From: Bacteroidota bacterium
Lineage (GTDB): Bacteria; Bacteroidota; Bacteroidia; Bacteroidales; GCA-2748055
Direction: 5' to 3'
Length of the DNA: 54,138 bases
NCBI GenBank assembly: GCA_030631845.1
Contig: DAOVKJ010000003.1
Span: 1-54,138 of the forward strand
Shown: positions 1 through 10,445 of the stretch, piece after piece
How the letters are laid out: each line of letters begins with the position of its first letter
Numbering within the stretch: position 1 is the first letter of the stretch
The notes under the pieces: model-generated
Databases searched by the model: none
What the model saw: the letters and a program-made list of their open reading frames with translations, nothing else
What the model was told of the DNA's origin: nothing
Translations under genes and position numbers: made by a program

Positions 1-477
1 AATAACGGGCTGCACACACGATCTTACTACGATCCTGTGGGGGTTAACCCACGTCTCGATACCCTTCCGGCAGCCATCCTCAGGGTCAAACTGAACCACC
101 TGGATGACTACCACCGGTTACGCCAGGAAGCAGCAGCATGGTATGATACCTCCCTGTCGGGAATAGAGGGGCTCCAGACCCCGGTACGCTCACCTTTTAC
201 CACCCATATTTTTCATCAGTACACCCTGCAGGTTCTAGCCTCCAATAGAGATGCCCTGAAACAGTGGCTGGTGGAGAAAGGGGTTCCTTCTCAGGTCTAT
301 TACCCGGTTCCCCTGCATCTGCAAAGGGCTTACAGTGACCTTGGGTACCGGGAAGGTGATCTTCCCGTGTCGGAACTGTTATGCAATACGGTGCTCTCAC
401 TGCCCATGCATACAGAGCTTGAAAAGATACAACTGGAGTATATATCGGACCAGGTACAACACTTTTTTAAATCTTAG
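1..477 (+). CDS. DegT/DnrJ/EryC1/StrS PLP-dependent sugar aminotransferase (WbpE-like), 5'-truncated
   Basis: Frame is open from base 1. C-terminal motifs GVNxRLD, HQYT, YYPVPLHLQ and LSLPMH. Adjacent to wbpD- and wbpB-like genes. Confidence 0.9.
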   Translation, partial: NNGLHTRSYYDPVGVNPRLDTLPAAILRVKLNHLDDYHRLRQEAAAWYDTSLSGIEGLQTPVRSPFTTHIFHQYTLQVLASNRDALKQWLVEKGVPSQVYYPVPLHLQRAYSDLGYREGDLPVSELLCNTVLSLPMHTELEKIQLEYISDQVQHFFKS

Positions 478-480
478 GAG

Positions 481-1068
481 ATGAAGGATTTCTTTGCCCA
501 CGAAACCGCCGTGATCGATAATGATGTTAAGATTGGAAACGGCACAAAGATCTGGCACTTCAGCCATATCATGAGCGGATGCACCATTGGCACAAATTGC
601 AACCTGGGTCAAAATGTGGTGGTTTCGCCCGATGTCATCCTGGGCAACAATGTGAAGGTCCAGAACAATGTCTCCATCTATACGGGGGTCATCTGTGAAG
701 ACGATGTATTCCTGGGGCCCTCCATGGTCTTTACCAATGTAATCAACCCCCGAAGTGCGGTCGTCAGACGTGATGAATATATGAAAACAGTGGTCGAAAA
801 AGGCGCTACCATCGGTGCCAATGCCACTATCGTTTGTGGAAATAATATTGGTAAATTTGCGTTTATAGGTGCAGGTGCAGTGGTTATTCGTGAGGTAAAA
901 CCCTATGCACTGGTAGTGGGCAATCCCTCCAAACAGATTGGATGGATGAGCGAACAGGGACACCGGCTGAAATTTAATAGTGAAGGGCTGGCCGTCTGTC
1001 CCGAAAGTGGAGATGAATACAGACTCAATGGTGACAGGATCAACAAAACAGGATCAACAGATGAATAA
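481..1068 (+). CDS. wbpD: Hexapeptide-repeat N-acetyltransferase (WbpD-like)
   Basis: IWHFSHI, CNLGQNV, KVQNNVSIY, FLGPSMVFTNVINPRS and GNP motifs; left-handed beta-helix repeats. Confidence 0.85.
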   Translation: MKDFFAHETAVIDNDVKIGNGTKIWHFSHIMSGCTIGTNCNLGQNVVVSPDVILGNNVKVQNNVSIYTGVICEDDVFLGPSMVFTNVINPRSAVVRRDEYMKTVVEKGATIGANATIVCGNNIGKFAFIGAGAVVIREVKPYALVVGNPSKQIGWMSEQGHRLKFNSEGLAVCPESGDEYRLNGDRINKTGSTDE

Positions 1069-2026
1069 GTCCGGTAAAAATTTTGCTGTAATCGGCATTG
1101 CAGGATATATTGCCGTAAGGCACGTAAGGGCGGTAAAGGAGACCAACAACAACCTGGTAGCGGCACTGGATCCTTTTGACAGTGTAGGCTTCATGGATAG
1201 TTATTTTCCGGAAGCCGATTTTTTCACTGAATTTGAACGTTTCGATCGCCATATTGCCAAACTGAACAGGCAGGGTACCCATGTGGATTACGTAAGTATC
1301 TGCTCGCCCAACTACCTGCACGACTCACATATCCGATTCGCCCTGCGGAACGGGGCAGATGCCATATGCGAGAAACCGCTGGTTCTGAATCCGTGGAATA
1401 TAGATGCCCTGAAAGATTATGAAAATGAGACCGGCAGGAAAGTTTGGAACATCCTTCAGCTCAGGCATCACCAGGCTATAAGGGATCTGAAAGAGAGGGT
1501 AAGTAATGATCCGCCCGACAAAGTTTATGATATCGATCTCTCCTACATTACCAGCAGGGGAAACTGGTACCACTACTCCTGGAAAGGAAAAGAGGAAAAA
1601 TCAGGTGGTGTTCCCACCAACATTGGGGTGCATTTCTTCGATATGCTTACCTGGATATTCGGGAAGGTAAAGGAGAACCGAGTCAATTTTATCAAAGGCG
1701 ACAAGGCTGCAGGAGTTCTTGAGCTGGAACGGGCACGTGTTCGCTGGTTCCTGAGTATTGATTGTAACGATATACCCAAAGAGATAAAGGTATCCGGGAA
1801 ACGCACTTACCGCTCCATTACAGTGAACGGGGAGGAGATTGAATTTAGCGGCGGCTTTACCGATCTGCATACGATCTCCTATGAAAAGATCCTGGAAGGA
1901 AAAGGTTACGGGCTGGAGGCTGCCCGCAACTCCATTGGAATTGTTTATAACATTCGTAATTCTGAACCTGTTGGACTAACGGGCGAATATCATCCAATAA
2001 TTAAAAGCATTAAAAATGATTTATGA
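1061..2026 (+). CDS. wbpB: Gfo/Idh/MocA oxidoreductase, UDP-GlcNAcA 3-dehydrogenase (WbpB-like)
   Basis: GxAGYIAxRH, ICSPNYLHDSH, CEKP, WKG..KSGG..TNIGVHFFD and GFTDLH motifs. ATG at 1061 overlaps the upstream stop. Confidence 0.88.
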   Translation: MNKSGKNFAVIGIAGYIAVRHVRAVKETNNNLVAALDPFDSVGFMDSYFPEADFFTEFERFDRHIAKLNRQGTHVDYVSICSPNYLHDSHIRFALRNGADAICEKPLVLNPWNIDALKDYENETGRKVWNILQLRHHQAIRDLKERVSNDPPDKVYDIDLSYITSRGNWYHYSWKGKEEKSGGVPTNIGVHFFDMLTWIFGKVKENRVNFIKGDKAAGVLELERARVRWFLSIDCNDIPKEIKVSGKRTYRSITVNGEEIEFSGGFTDLHTISYEKILEGKGYGLEAARNSIGIVYNIRNSEPVGLTGEYHPIIKSIKNDL

Positions 2027-3308
2027 CGATCTGCTGAGTGGGGGAAAAAAGATGGCCGTAATAGGCCTGGGATATGTGGGGCTCCCCATTGCCCTGGAAT
2101 TTGCAAAGAAAATTTCAGTCATCGGGTTTGACATCAGGTCCGACAGGGTGGAGATGATGAAAAACAGGGTGGACCCCAGTAACGAACTGTCCAGCGAAGA
2201 TTTTGAGGGGTGCGATATCAGGTTCACCGACAGCATTGAAGATCTCCGCGAAGCATCTTTCTACGTGATTGCAGTGCCCACACCCATTGATGAACATAAG
2301 AATCCTGACCTCGTTCCTGTGCTTGCTGCAACAACCACTGTGGGAAAGATCCTGTCCGAAGGAGATTATGTGGTCTATGAATCCACAGTATATCCAGGGT
2401 GTACCGAAGAGGATTGCATTCCCCTTCTCAGTGCGATTTCCGGTCTCGAATACATGAACCAGTACAAGGTTGGGTTCTCCCCTGAACGGATTAATCCGGG
2501 CGATCGCGAACATACCCTCACCCGTATCACCAAGGTCACCTCGGGTTGCGATGCAGAATCGGCCGAAGAGATTGCAAAGACCTATGAGCTGGTGATCAAG
2601 GCGGGTGTACACCGGGCCAGCTCCATCAAGGTAGCCGAAGCTGCTAAAATCATCGAAAATACACAACGCGATATCAATATCGCCTTTATGAATGAACTCT
2701 CCATGATCTTCAACAAGATGGGTGTCAATACCTATGAAGTACTGGAGGCCGCGGGTACCAAGTGGAATTTTCTGAATTTCTTTCCCGGACTGGTGGGGGG
2801 GCACTGTATCGGAGTAGATCCCTATTACCTCACCTATAAGGCAGCCAGGTTCGGGCATCATGCACAGATCATCAATGCCGGCCGGGGTATTAACGACGGG
2901 ATGGCTGCCTATGTGGCACGCCAGGTAACCCTGAAACTCTCCTCCATTTTCCCCAACCTGAAAGATTGCCGGGTACTGATCATGGGTGCCACCTTCAAAG
3001 AGAATGTCAGCGATATCAGGAACTCCAAGGTGGCCGATGTCATTTCAGAGTTGAAAGAGTTTGGAGTCCAGGTGGATGTGATTGATCCCTATGCATCACC
3101 CGAAGAGATCAGGCAGGAATACGATTTTGAGCTTTCGCCCTCCATCGAAGGACCTTACCACGGTATTGTGGTGGCAGTCAATCACAGGGAGTATGTGGAG
3201 CTGGATGAGGCCTATTTCCGCTCCATTACCCATGAAGGAGCTATCTTTGCTGATCTGAAAGGTATATTCCGGGAGAAAATAAACAGTCTCAACTACTGGA
3301 GCTTATAA
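2016..3308 (+). CDS. Nucleotide-sugar (UDP-GlcNAc/GalNAc) 6-dehydrogenase, WbpO/TviB/WbpA family
   Basis: GLGYVGLP, YESTVYPG, SPERINPGD, GLVGGHCIGVDPYYL and FKENxxDxRNS motifs. Confidence 0.92.
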   Translation: MIYDDLLSGGKKMAVIGLGYVGLPIALEFAKKISVIGFDIRSDRVEMMKNRVDPSNELSSEDFEGCDIRFTDSIEDLREASFYVIAVPTPIDEHKNPDLVPVLAATTTVGKILSEGDYVVYESTVYPGCTEEDCIPLLSAISGLEYMNQYKVGFSPERINPGDREHTLTRITKVTSGCDAESAEEIAKTYELVIKAGVHRASSIKVAEAAKIIENTQRDINIAFMNELSMIFNKMGVNTYEVLEAAGTKWNFLNFFPGLVGGHCIGVDPYYLTYKAARFGHHAQIINAGRGINDGMAAYVARQVTLKLSSIFPNLKDCRVLIMGATFKENVSDIRNSKVADVISELKEFGVQVDVIDPYASPEEIRQEYDFELSPSIEGPYHGIVVAVNHREYVELDEAYFRSITHEGAIFADLKGIFREKINSLNYWSL

Positions 3309-3320
3309 CCCTATATCGTC

Positions 3321-4355
3321 ATGGCTAAAATTCTTGTTACCGGGGGAACGGGTTACATCGGTTCCCATACTGTGGTAGAGCTGCTGGAGGATGGGATGGA
3401 GGTGGTGATTGTTGATAACCTCTCCAACTCTGAGCGGGAAGTAGTGAACGGCATCACATCTATCACCGGAAAAGAGCCTCATTTTGAAGAGGTGGATTTA
3501 AGAGAACGGAACGCCACTTACGGAGTGTTTGAAAAACATCCCGATATAAGTGCCATCATCCATTTCGCAGCTTTTAAAGCGGTAGGTGAAAGCGTGGAGA
3601 AACCACTGGAGTATTATGAAAACAACCTGCTTTCGCTGATTCACCTGCTGGAAGCCATGAAAAAATTCTCGGTCAACCATCTGGTTTTCTCCTCCTCATG
3701 TACCGTTTATGGTGAGCCCGATGAACTACCGGTAACCGAAAAAGCACCCATTAAAAATGCTGGTTCTCCCTATGGAAACACCAAGCAGATCTGCGAGGAT
3801 ATCCTTCAGGATACCATGCGGTCCATAAAGGGGAAAGGGGTGATCTCGCTCCGCTATTTCAACCCCATCGGAGCACATCCATCGGCCAAAATCGGTGAAT
3901 TGCCCCTCGGGGTGCCTAATAACCTGGTGCCTTTTATCACGCAGACAGCTGCAGGGATCAGGGAGTGTCTGAGTGTATTCGGAGATGACTACAACACCCC
4001 CGATGGATCGGCCATCCGTGATTATATCAATGTGGTGGATCTTGCAAAAGCACATGTGACAGCCATCAGACGATTGCTCAATCAGAAACAGAAATCTAAT
4101 TTCGAAGTGTTTAACCTGGGAACCGGTCGTGGACTCTCAGTGCTTGAGATCATTCATGCCTTTGAAAAGTCCACAGGTCAGAAGCTCAATTACAAAGTGG
4201 TGGAACGCAGAGAAGGAGATATTGAAAAAGTGTATGCCGACACCGCTTATGCCAATAGTGAGCTGGGCTGGAGGGCTGAAAAGGGGATTGAAGAGACCCT
4301 GCAATCGGCATGGAAATGGGAGATGAATATCAGATCCAAAAACAACAGAACATGA
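3321..4355 (+). CDS. galE: UDP-glucose 4-epimerase
   Basis: [21 protein letters not shown], Yxxx[11 protein letters not shown] and DGSAIRDYI motifs. Confidence 0.95.
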   Translation: MAKILVTGGTGYIGSHTVVELLEDGMEVVIVDNLSNSEREVVNGITSITGKEPHFEEVDLRERNATYGVFEKHPDISAIIHFAAFKAVGESVEKPLEYYENNLLSLIHLLEAMKKFSVNHLVFSSSCTVYGEPDELPVTEKAPIKNAGSPYGNTKQICEDILQDTMRSIKGKGVISLRYFNPIGAHPSAKIGELPLGVPNNLVPFITQTAAGIRECLSVFGDDYNTPDGSAIRDYINVVDLAKAHVTAIRRLLNQKQKSNFEVFNLGTGRGLSVLEIIHAFEKSTGQKLNYKVVERREGDIEKVYADTAYANSELGWRAEKGIEETLQSAWKWEMNIRSKNNRT

Positions 4356-5401
4356 AAACCATACTGATTACCGGCGGTGCCGGCTTTATTGGATCACATG
4401 TGATCAGGCGGATGATCACAAATAGTCCCGATACAAGGATACTGAACCTGGACCAGCTCACCTATGCAGGGAACCTGGAAAACCTGAAGGACATTGAGGC
4501 CTCTCCCAATTACCACTTTATACGTGAAAACATTCTAAATGCCGCTTTTCTTGAAAAGCTCTTTAACGATTATGAGATCGATGGGGTGATTCACCTGGCA
4601 GCTGAATCGCATGTGGACCGCTCCATTGCCGATCCCATGGCTTTTATCAATACCAATATCGTTGGAACAGTGAACCTGCTAAATACCTGCCGGGGCGCCT
4701 GGAAGGATAAGAACGATAAACTTTTCTATCATATCTCCACCGATGAGGTGTACGGGAGCCTGGGAAGCGAAGGGCTGTTTACCGAGGAGACTGCCTATGA
4801 TCCACGCAGCCCCTATTCTGCCTCCAAGGCCAGTTCGGACCACCTGGTCAGGGCCTATCACCACACCTACGGACTGCCCGTGGTGCTCTCCAACTGCTCC
4901 AACAATTATGGGCCCAACCAGTTTCCCGAAAAACTGATTCCCCTTGCTATCAACAATATCATCCATATGAAACCCATACCCGTTTACGGGAAGGGGGATA
5001 ACATAAGAGACTGGCTATATGTGGAGGATCATGCTGCGGCCATTGAACTTATCTTCCGGGAAGGGGCCGAAGGACGTACCTATAATATCGGGGGACTGAA
5101 CGAATGGAAGAACATTGATCTGATCAGGCTGCTCTGCCGGATCATGGACGAGAAGCTGGAAAGGGTACCCGGCACCTCGGAAAAGCTCATTACATTTGTA
5201 AAGGACAGGGCAGGACACGATCTCAGGTATGCCATCGACAGTACCAGGATCGAAGCAGAACTAAACTGGAAGCCCTCTGTTACTTTTGAGCAGGGACTGG
5301 CCCACACAGTGGAATGGTACCTTCATAACAGGGAGTGGATGGAACATGTCACTTCCGGGGCCTACCAATCTTACTACACCACCCAGTACGGGGAGAGGTA
5401 A
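4352..5401 (+). CDS. rfbB: dTDP-glucose 4,6-dehydratase
   Basis: [36 protein letters not shown] and [10 protein letters not shown] motifs. ATGA overlap with galE. Confidence 0.95.
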   Translation: MKTILITGGAGFIGSHVIRRMITNSPDTRILNLDQLTYAGNLENLKDIEASPNYHFIRENILNAAFLEKLFNDYEIDGVIHLAAESHVDRSIADPMAFINTNIVGTVNLLNTCRGAWKDKNDKLFYHISTDEVYGSLGSEGLFTEETAYDPRSPYSASKASSDHLVRAYHHTYGLPVVLSNCSNNYGPNQFPEKLIPLAINNIIHMKPIPVYGKGDNIRDWLYVEDHAAAIELIFREGAEGRTYNIGGLNEWKNIDLIRLLCRIMDEKLERVPGTSEKLITFVKDRAGHDLRYAIDSTRIEAELNWKPSVTFEQGLAHTVEWYLHNREWMEHVTSGAYQSYYTTQYGER

Positions 5402-5422
5402 ACAATAGAACCCTTTAAATCA

Positions 5423-7258
5423 CTATTCCACGGTGACCGATTTGGCCAGGTTCCTGGGCTGGTCCACATCACATCCCCGCATCAGGGCAATGTGGTAAGC
5501 AATCAACTGTAGCGGAACAACAGCTGTGAGGGATACCAGTGACTCATCCGATTCCGGAATCTCAATCACATGATCGGCCATCTCCCTGATAATGGTGTCT
5601 CCTTCGGTCACAATGGCAATCACCATTCCGTTCCTGGCCTTTACCTCCTGGATATTGCTTACGATCTTTTCATAAGAACCATCCCTGGTGGCGATAAAGA
5701 CCACTGGCATCTTCTCATCAATCAGGGCAATGGGACCATGCTTCATCTCTGCGGCCGGGTACCCTTCGGCATGGATATAGGAGATCTCCTTTAGTTTGAG
5801 TGCACCCTCCAGTGCCACTGGAAATGAGACCCCACGACCCAGGTAGAGGGCATTCGTAGCATCCTTGCATATTTTCGCAATGCGCTTGAACTCCTCATTC
5901 TGTTCCAGGATCTTCTCTATCTTACCCGGGACATCATTGAGTTCTTTAATCAGCTGACTGAACCGCTGGTCCGAAAGCAACCCCTTCTCCTTCCCAATCA
6001 TAATGGCCATCATGGTCAGCACGGTCAACTGTGTAGTAAACGCTTTTGTTGAAGCAACCCCTATCTCAATGCCCGCATGGGTATATACCCCGGCATGGGT
6101 TTCACGCGAAATACTTGAACCGACCACATTACAGATCCCGAGCACCAGCGCCCCTGCATCTCTGGCCAGTTGGATAGCTGCCAGGGTATCGGCTGTCTCC
6201 CCGCTCTGACTGATGGCCAGAACCACATCGTCGGGCCCGATCAGGGGATTGCGGTACCTGAACTCAGAGGCGTACTCCACCTCCACCGGAATCCTGGCCA
6301 GATCCTCGATCAGGTACTCCCCAACCAGCCCTGCATGCCAGGAGGTACCACAGGCAATCACCACAATTCGTTTGGCATTTACCAGCTGATCCTTCACATC
6401 AAGCAATCCACCGAGCCTGATCTCATTGGTTTCGGTCTGGATCCTTCCCCTGAAAGTATCCATAATGGAGCGGGGCTGTTCGAAAATCTCTTTCAGCATA
6501 AAGTGTTCATACCCCTGCTTCTCTATTTCAAAAATTCCCCTCTCCAGGGTCTTGATATTCACCTTGGTAGCATCGCTGACCAGGTTCTTAAGCACCAGCT
6601 CGTCCCTTCTGATCAGGGCTATATCATCATTGTTCAGGTAGATCACCCGATCGGTATATTCTGCAATGGGAGTGGCATCGGAGGCGATAAAATACTCATT
6701 GTTGCCCAGACCGATCACGAGAGGACTGCTGCGTCGGGCAGCGATCATCAGGTTGGGATCTTCACTGGAGATAACCAACAGTCCGTATGCACCAACCACC
6801 TTCTGCAATGCCAGGCTTACAGCCACTTCCACGCTCACATCCTCCGATGTATATATATATTCGATCAGATTGGCAAGCACCTCGGTATCTGTCTCACTGT
6901 AGAACTTCATTCCCTGGTCCATCAGGGTCTTTTTCAGTACCGTATAGTTTTCGATAATCCCGTTATGTATAATGGTGAACAGCCCCTTCTCGGAATGGTG
7001 CGGATGTGCGTTCAGGTCGCTGGGTTCGCCATGGGTGGCCCACCTGGTATGGCCAATCCCAATGGTGCTTTTTGTCTCCTTTCCCCTCACATGATCTTCA
7101 AGGTCGGAAACCTTCCCCTTTTTTTTATATATGGCAATATCGCCATTGAGCAGTGCTACTCCTGCGGAATCATATCCGCGATATTCAAGCCTCTTAAGAC
7201 CCTTGACAAGTATCGGGTAAGCATCCCTGGTTCCGATATAACCAACAATTCCACACAT
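5423..7258 (-). CDS. glmS: Glutamine--fructose-6-phosphate transaminase (isomerizing)
   Basis: N-terminal MCGIVG, GHTRWATHG, SQSGETADT and C-terminal PRNLAKSVTVE. Confidence 0.98.
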   Translation of the reverse strand: MCGIVGYIGTRDAYPILVKGLKRLEYRGYDSAGVALLNGDIAIYKKKGKVSDLEDHVRGKETKSTIGIGHTRWATHGEPSDLNAHPHHSEKGLFTIIHNGIIENYTVLKKTLMDQGMKFYSETDTEVLANLIEYIYTSEDVSVEVAVSLALQKVVGAYGLLVISSEDPNLMIAARRSSPLVIGLGNNEYFIASDATPIAEYTDRVIYLNNDDIALIRRDELVLKNLVSDATKVNIKTLERGIFEIEKQGYEHFMLKEIFEQPRSIMDTFRGRIQTETNEIRLGGLLDVKDQLVNAKRIVVIACGTSWHAGLVGEYLIEDLARIPVEVEYASEFRYRNPLIGPDDVVLAISQSGETADTLAAIQLARDAGALVLGICNVVGSSISRETHAGVYTHAGIEIGVASTKAFTTQLTVLTMMAIMIGKEKGLLSDQRFSQLIKELNDVPGKIEKILEQNEEFKRIAKICKDATNALYLGRGVSFPVALEGALKLKEISYIHAEGYPAAEMKHGPIALIDEKMPVVFIATRDGSYEKIVSNIQEVKARNGMVIAIVTEGDTIIREMADHVIEIPESDESLVSLTAVVPLQLIAYHIALMRGCDVDQPRNLAKSVTVE

Positions 7259-7301
7259 AAGTAAGACGAATTAAGACAATAATTACCTGAACTTAAGCAA
7301 G

Positions 7302-8672
7302 CTAAAGCTTAAGGTACACAATTTCTAACCTTATACGTCTTTCGTTGGCAGGAAGGTTACTCCAAAGCCTGGAAAATTTTGGGTTGATCAGACCATCATC
7401 CAGCTGAAGAATAAAATCATTGTCAGTTTTTGTCCCATCCACCATGGATTGAAAGTGAAGACCCATATTGAAACGGTAGGTATAGGTGGTGTCGCTGAAC
7501 ATGCCTAGTGATTCGGCTTTTTTATACCCTCCAAACCTGCTGGCTTGCTGGTTGGGGTCATTAGCCAACAACACATAATAGTCGTAAATAGGTTCATATG
7601 AGTCATCTTCCAGGATGGTCCCGATCATCAGCCTGCCCGGCAGATCATCATAGAGAATTCCGCTCTCCTCCTCCGGAACCACATCAAATACCAGGGTGGC
7701 ACTGTTGATAATCAACGGAGTCTGATCCATCCACTCCTGCAGGCTGGCAAATGAAAAACGGGTATTTACTCCAGACAAACCCTGTACATAACTGTATGGC
7801 GTGGCTGCATGCTCATCATCGATAATCTCCGCAAGCCGGGTTCCGGTATAATCATGTTCAAACAGATTAATTTTTTGTGAGGAGTACTGATCGATGGTAA
7901 AATGAGCATAGGCAAAATCGCGCTCGGCTGTGGAGTCCACATCGGTGGAATCATTGGCATACTTCATGGTCAGCCTCGTCAACGAACTGGCAAGCTGAAT
8001 TCTGGACATTGTCCCTTCGGATGATACGGGTTCCGCAGTGATATAAAACCCGTTAAAATAGTCCTTAAAGATGGAGTCGTTGTAGAAATAGTTCGTATCT
8101 GACTCAATGGCCAGAAATTTATCAATGAAATCCTGGTCCTCTATAAGCAGTTCATACGTGTGGTCATCTTCAGGAGTTACTGTCTGTTGCACCAGGGGGA
8201 CCGGATCATATTTTCCCTCTATATCAAAATCGGAGTAGTAACTAGAGTCCATAAAAATTCTTTCGGTAAACTCATGAACAGTCAGGGTGATCTCCTGGTC
8301 CATATCTCCTAAAAAATCATATACATAGATGGCCAGGAACAGGGAATCAATTTCTAAATTAGAAGCCACCCGATAGGTAGCTGTGGTGTTAAACTGAGTA
8401 ATAACACCGGCGTCCGTTTTTCCAAAGATACTATCTTCCAGTGAACCCAGAAGCATCAGCCTGGTGGCAGAATAGGTTAATTCAGAAGTTGCTATTGGCT
8501 TCCCTCTCATCGTATAGGCATCAATCTCGAAGATGGTATCGAGATATACAATCACATTGTCACCGGGGGGCAGAATATCTGCACCCAGTCCTTTATCACC
8601 GATATCGCATGACGCAAGCGCCCCAATCAATCCAAAAATGATTGCCAAAAACCGCAAATCCTTCTTCTTCAT
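7302..8672 (-). CDS. DUF4270-family outer-membrane lipoprotein (possible BamH-type BAM subunit)
   Basis: Lipobox LASC, LLGxxxDxxFG, FNGFYI and YVQGxxG motifs. Sits in the conserved Bacteroidota position between glmS and the glycogen-synthase-like gene. Confidence 0.75.
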   Translation of the reverse strand: MKKKDLRFLAIIFGLIGALASCDIGDKGLGADILPPGDNVIVYLDTIFEIDAYTMRGKPIATSELTYSATRLMLLGSLEDSIFGKTDAGVITQFNTTATYRVASNLEIDSLFLAIYVYDFLGDMDQEITLTVHEFTERIFMDSSYYSDFDIEGKYDPVPLVQQTVTPEDDHTYELLIEDQDFIDKFLAIESDTNYFYNDSIFKDYFNGFYITAEPVSSEGTMSRIQLASSLTRLTMKYANDSTDVDSTAERDFAYAHFTIDQYSSQKINLFEHDYTGTRLAEIIDDEHAATPYSYVQGLSGVNTRFSFASLQEWMDQTPLIINSATLVFDVVPEEESGILYDDLPGRLMIGTILEDDSYEPIYDYYVLLANDPNQQASRFGGYKKAESLGMFSDTTYTYRFNMGLHFQSMVDGTKTDNDFILQLDDGLINPKFSRLWSNLPANERRIRLEIVYLKL

Positions 8673-8685
8673 CTAAAAAATAGTC

Positions 8686-9495
8686 TTAAACGTTGATGAT
8701 ACTGTCATAGAAAACGGAAAACTCCTCCACATATTTCTCTTCACTCGCATGATTCAAATAGGGTTTCCCTGATTTTTTCAATATGTCTTCAACTTTAGCA
8801 GGCAGGCTTTCACTCCCCTGGATCAGACCATCTGAATAGGTGGCTGCCAGGCGGGTCAGGTTTTCATACCCTGGATCTTTTACCATGGAGAGATGCTCAT
8901 CAGAAACACCATCCACAAGGATTTTCTTTGAAAAAGAGGCATCCAGAGGTTTATCAAAACCATTATCATAAAAAGAGAAGACCACTTTTGAATCGGCAAA
9001 CAGCGGGTCTTCACGGTAAGCTTTTTTAATATAGAGAGGCACCAGGGAGGTAAACCATCCGTGGCAGTGCACCAGGTCGGGCGACCAGCGCAGTTTCCGA
9101 ACAGTCTCAAGTACCCCGCGTGCGAAAAAAATCATGCGTTCATCATTGTCCTCAAAGTACACTTCATTTGAATCAACTACAGTCTGCTTCCTCTGGAAAT
9201 ACTCCTCATTATCAATGAAATATACCTGCATCCTGGCGGCCTGGATGGAGGCAACTTTTATGATCAAAGGGTGGTCCGTGTCATCAATAATCAGGTTCAT
9301 CCCCGACAGCCTGATGACTTCATGCAACTGGTTCCTTCTTTCATTGATATTCCCGTATTTTGGCATAAAGGTTCGGATCTCTTTACCGGTTTCCTGTATG
9401 GCCTGGGGAAGTTTTCTGCTGATTAAGGAAAGTTCAGTCTCGGGCAAATAGGGTGTAATCTCCTGAGAAACAAATAATACCTTTTTACTCTCCAT
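8686..9495 (-). CDS. Glycogen/starch synthase N-terminal-domain protein (Glyco_transf_5 only)
   Basis: VLFVSQE..P, RTFMPKY, YFIDNEEYF, DNDERMIFF and PDLVHCHGW motifs. Only 269 aa, with no KxGG motif. Confidence 0.85.
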   Translation of the reverse strand: MESKKVLFVSQEITPYLPETELSLISRKLPQAIQETGKEIRTFMPKYGNINERRNQLHEVIRLSGMNLIIDDTDHPLIIKVASIQAARMQVYFIDNEEYFQRKQTVVDSNEVYFEDNDERMIFFARGVLETVRKLRWSPDLVHCHGWFTSLVPLYIKKAYREDPLFADSKVVFSFYDNGFDKPLDASFSKKILVDGVSDEHLSMVKDPGYENLTRLAATYSDGLIQGSESLPAKVEDILKKSGKPYLNHASEEKYVEEFSVFYDSIINV

Positions 9496-9521
9496 TATGC
9501 AAGCCTCTGTTAGAAATCATG

Positions 9522-9529
9522 CAAATTTA
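9522..9529 (-). promoter_or_regulatory. Bacteroidota -7 promoter box TAAATTTG for the glycogen-synthase-like/DUF4270/glmS operon
   Basis: Exact TAnnTTTG match 26 nt upstream of the ATG at 9495. Confidence 0.6.
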
Positions 9530-9555
9530 CTAAAAATAATTGATACCTTTTTATC

Positions 9556-9563
9556 TATCTTTG
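9556..9563 (+). promoter_or_regulatory. Bacteroidota -7 promoter box TATCTTTG for panC
   Basis: Exact TAnnTTTG match 16 nt upstream of the ATG at 9580. Confidence 0.6.
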
Positions 9564-9579
9564 TACACTCACCTGTTGT

Positions 9580-10422
9580 ATGATAGTATACAGAACCAAA
9601 AACGATCTTACCAGGCACCTTCTCTCATGGCAAAATGAGGAGAAGACCATCGGCCTGGTTCCTACCATGGGAGCACTTCACCAGGGACATGTCTCCCTGG
9701 TTGAGAAAGCTAACGGTGAAAATGATATTGTGGTGGTAACCATTTTTGTGAATCCTACCCAGTTCAATGACCCGTCGGATCTCGATCACTATCCCAGAAC
9801 GCTTGACCGGGATCTGGAGCTGCTTCGCAACCTGGAAGCTGACCTGGTATTTGTTCCTTCAGTAAAAGAGATGTATCCGGAGGAAGATTCTCAAATTTAT
9901 GATCTGGGAACACTTGATGAGGTGATGGAGGGCAAACATCGGGAAGGTCATTTCAATGGTGTTGCGCAGATAGTTAGCAAGCTTTTTCTACTGATTCGTC
10001 CCCGCCGGGCCTATTTCGGACAGAAAGATTTTCAACAACTGGTGATTATCCGCAGGCTGGTGGAGATCATGGAGATGGATCTTACCATCGTTCAATGCCC
10101 AATTATCAGAGAGAAAGATGGCCTGGCAATGAGCTCCAGAAATACAAGACTCAGCAAAGAGGAGCGGAAACTGGCACCTTTTATATATGAAACCCTGAAC
10201 CATGCCAGGGAGAAAATGGACACCCTCACTCCCACACAATTGAAAGATTGGGTCACCCTCCAGTTTAAAAAGCAACCCGAAATGGAGTTGGAATATTTTG
10301 AAATTGTTGAAGATAAATCGCTTACACCGGTTAATGAGTGGGATGAAACGGTGAACAAAGTGGGCTGTATAGCCGTTCAATTAAATGGCGTAAGGCTTAT
10401 AGATAATCTGAATTTTGATTAA
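9580..10422 (+). CDS. panC: Pantoate--beta-alanine ligase
   Basis: VPTMGALHQGH, IFVNPTQF, FGQKD, GLAMSSRN and RLIDN motifs. Confidence 0.97.
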   Translation: MIVYRTKNDLTRHLLSWQNEEKTIGLVPTMGALHQGHVSLVEKANGENDIVVVTIFVNPTQFNDPSDLDHYPRTLDRDLELLRNLEADLVFVPSVKEMYPEEDSQIYDLGTLDEVMEGKHREGHFNGVAQIVSKLFLLIRPRRAYFGQKDFQQLVIIRRLVEIMEMDLTIVQCPIIREKDGLAMSSRNTRLSKEERKLAPFIYETLNHAREKMDTLTPTQLKDWVTLQFKKQPEMELEYFEIVEDKSLTPVNEWDETVNKVGCIAVQLNGVRLIDNLNFD

Positions 10423-10445
10423 ATTTGTGAAGTAATTCGGCGACC

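Noticed and set aside
1-55. First codons deviate from the DegT consensus (NPRLD instead of NSRLD)
   Set aside because: At the window or contig edge, so it may be low-quality sequence; cannot be interpreted.
6170-7264. 364-aa plus-strand ORF
   Set aside because: Antisense shadow of glmS with no recognisable motifs.
7259-7301. Possible glmS ribozyme
   Set aside because: The gap is only 43 nt and unstructured, too short for the ribozyme.
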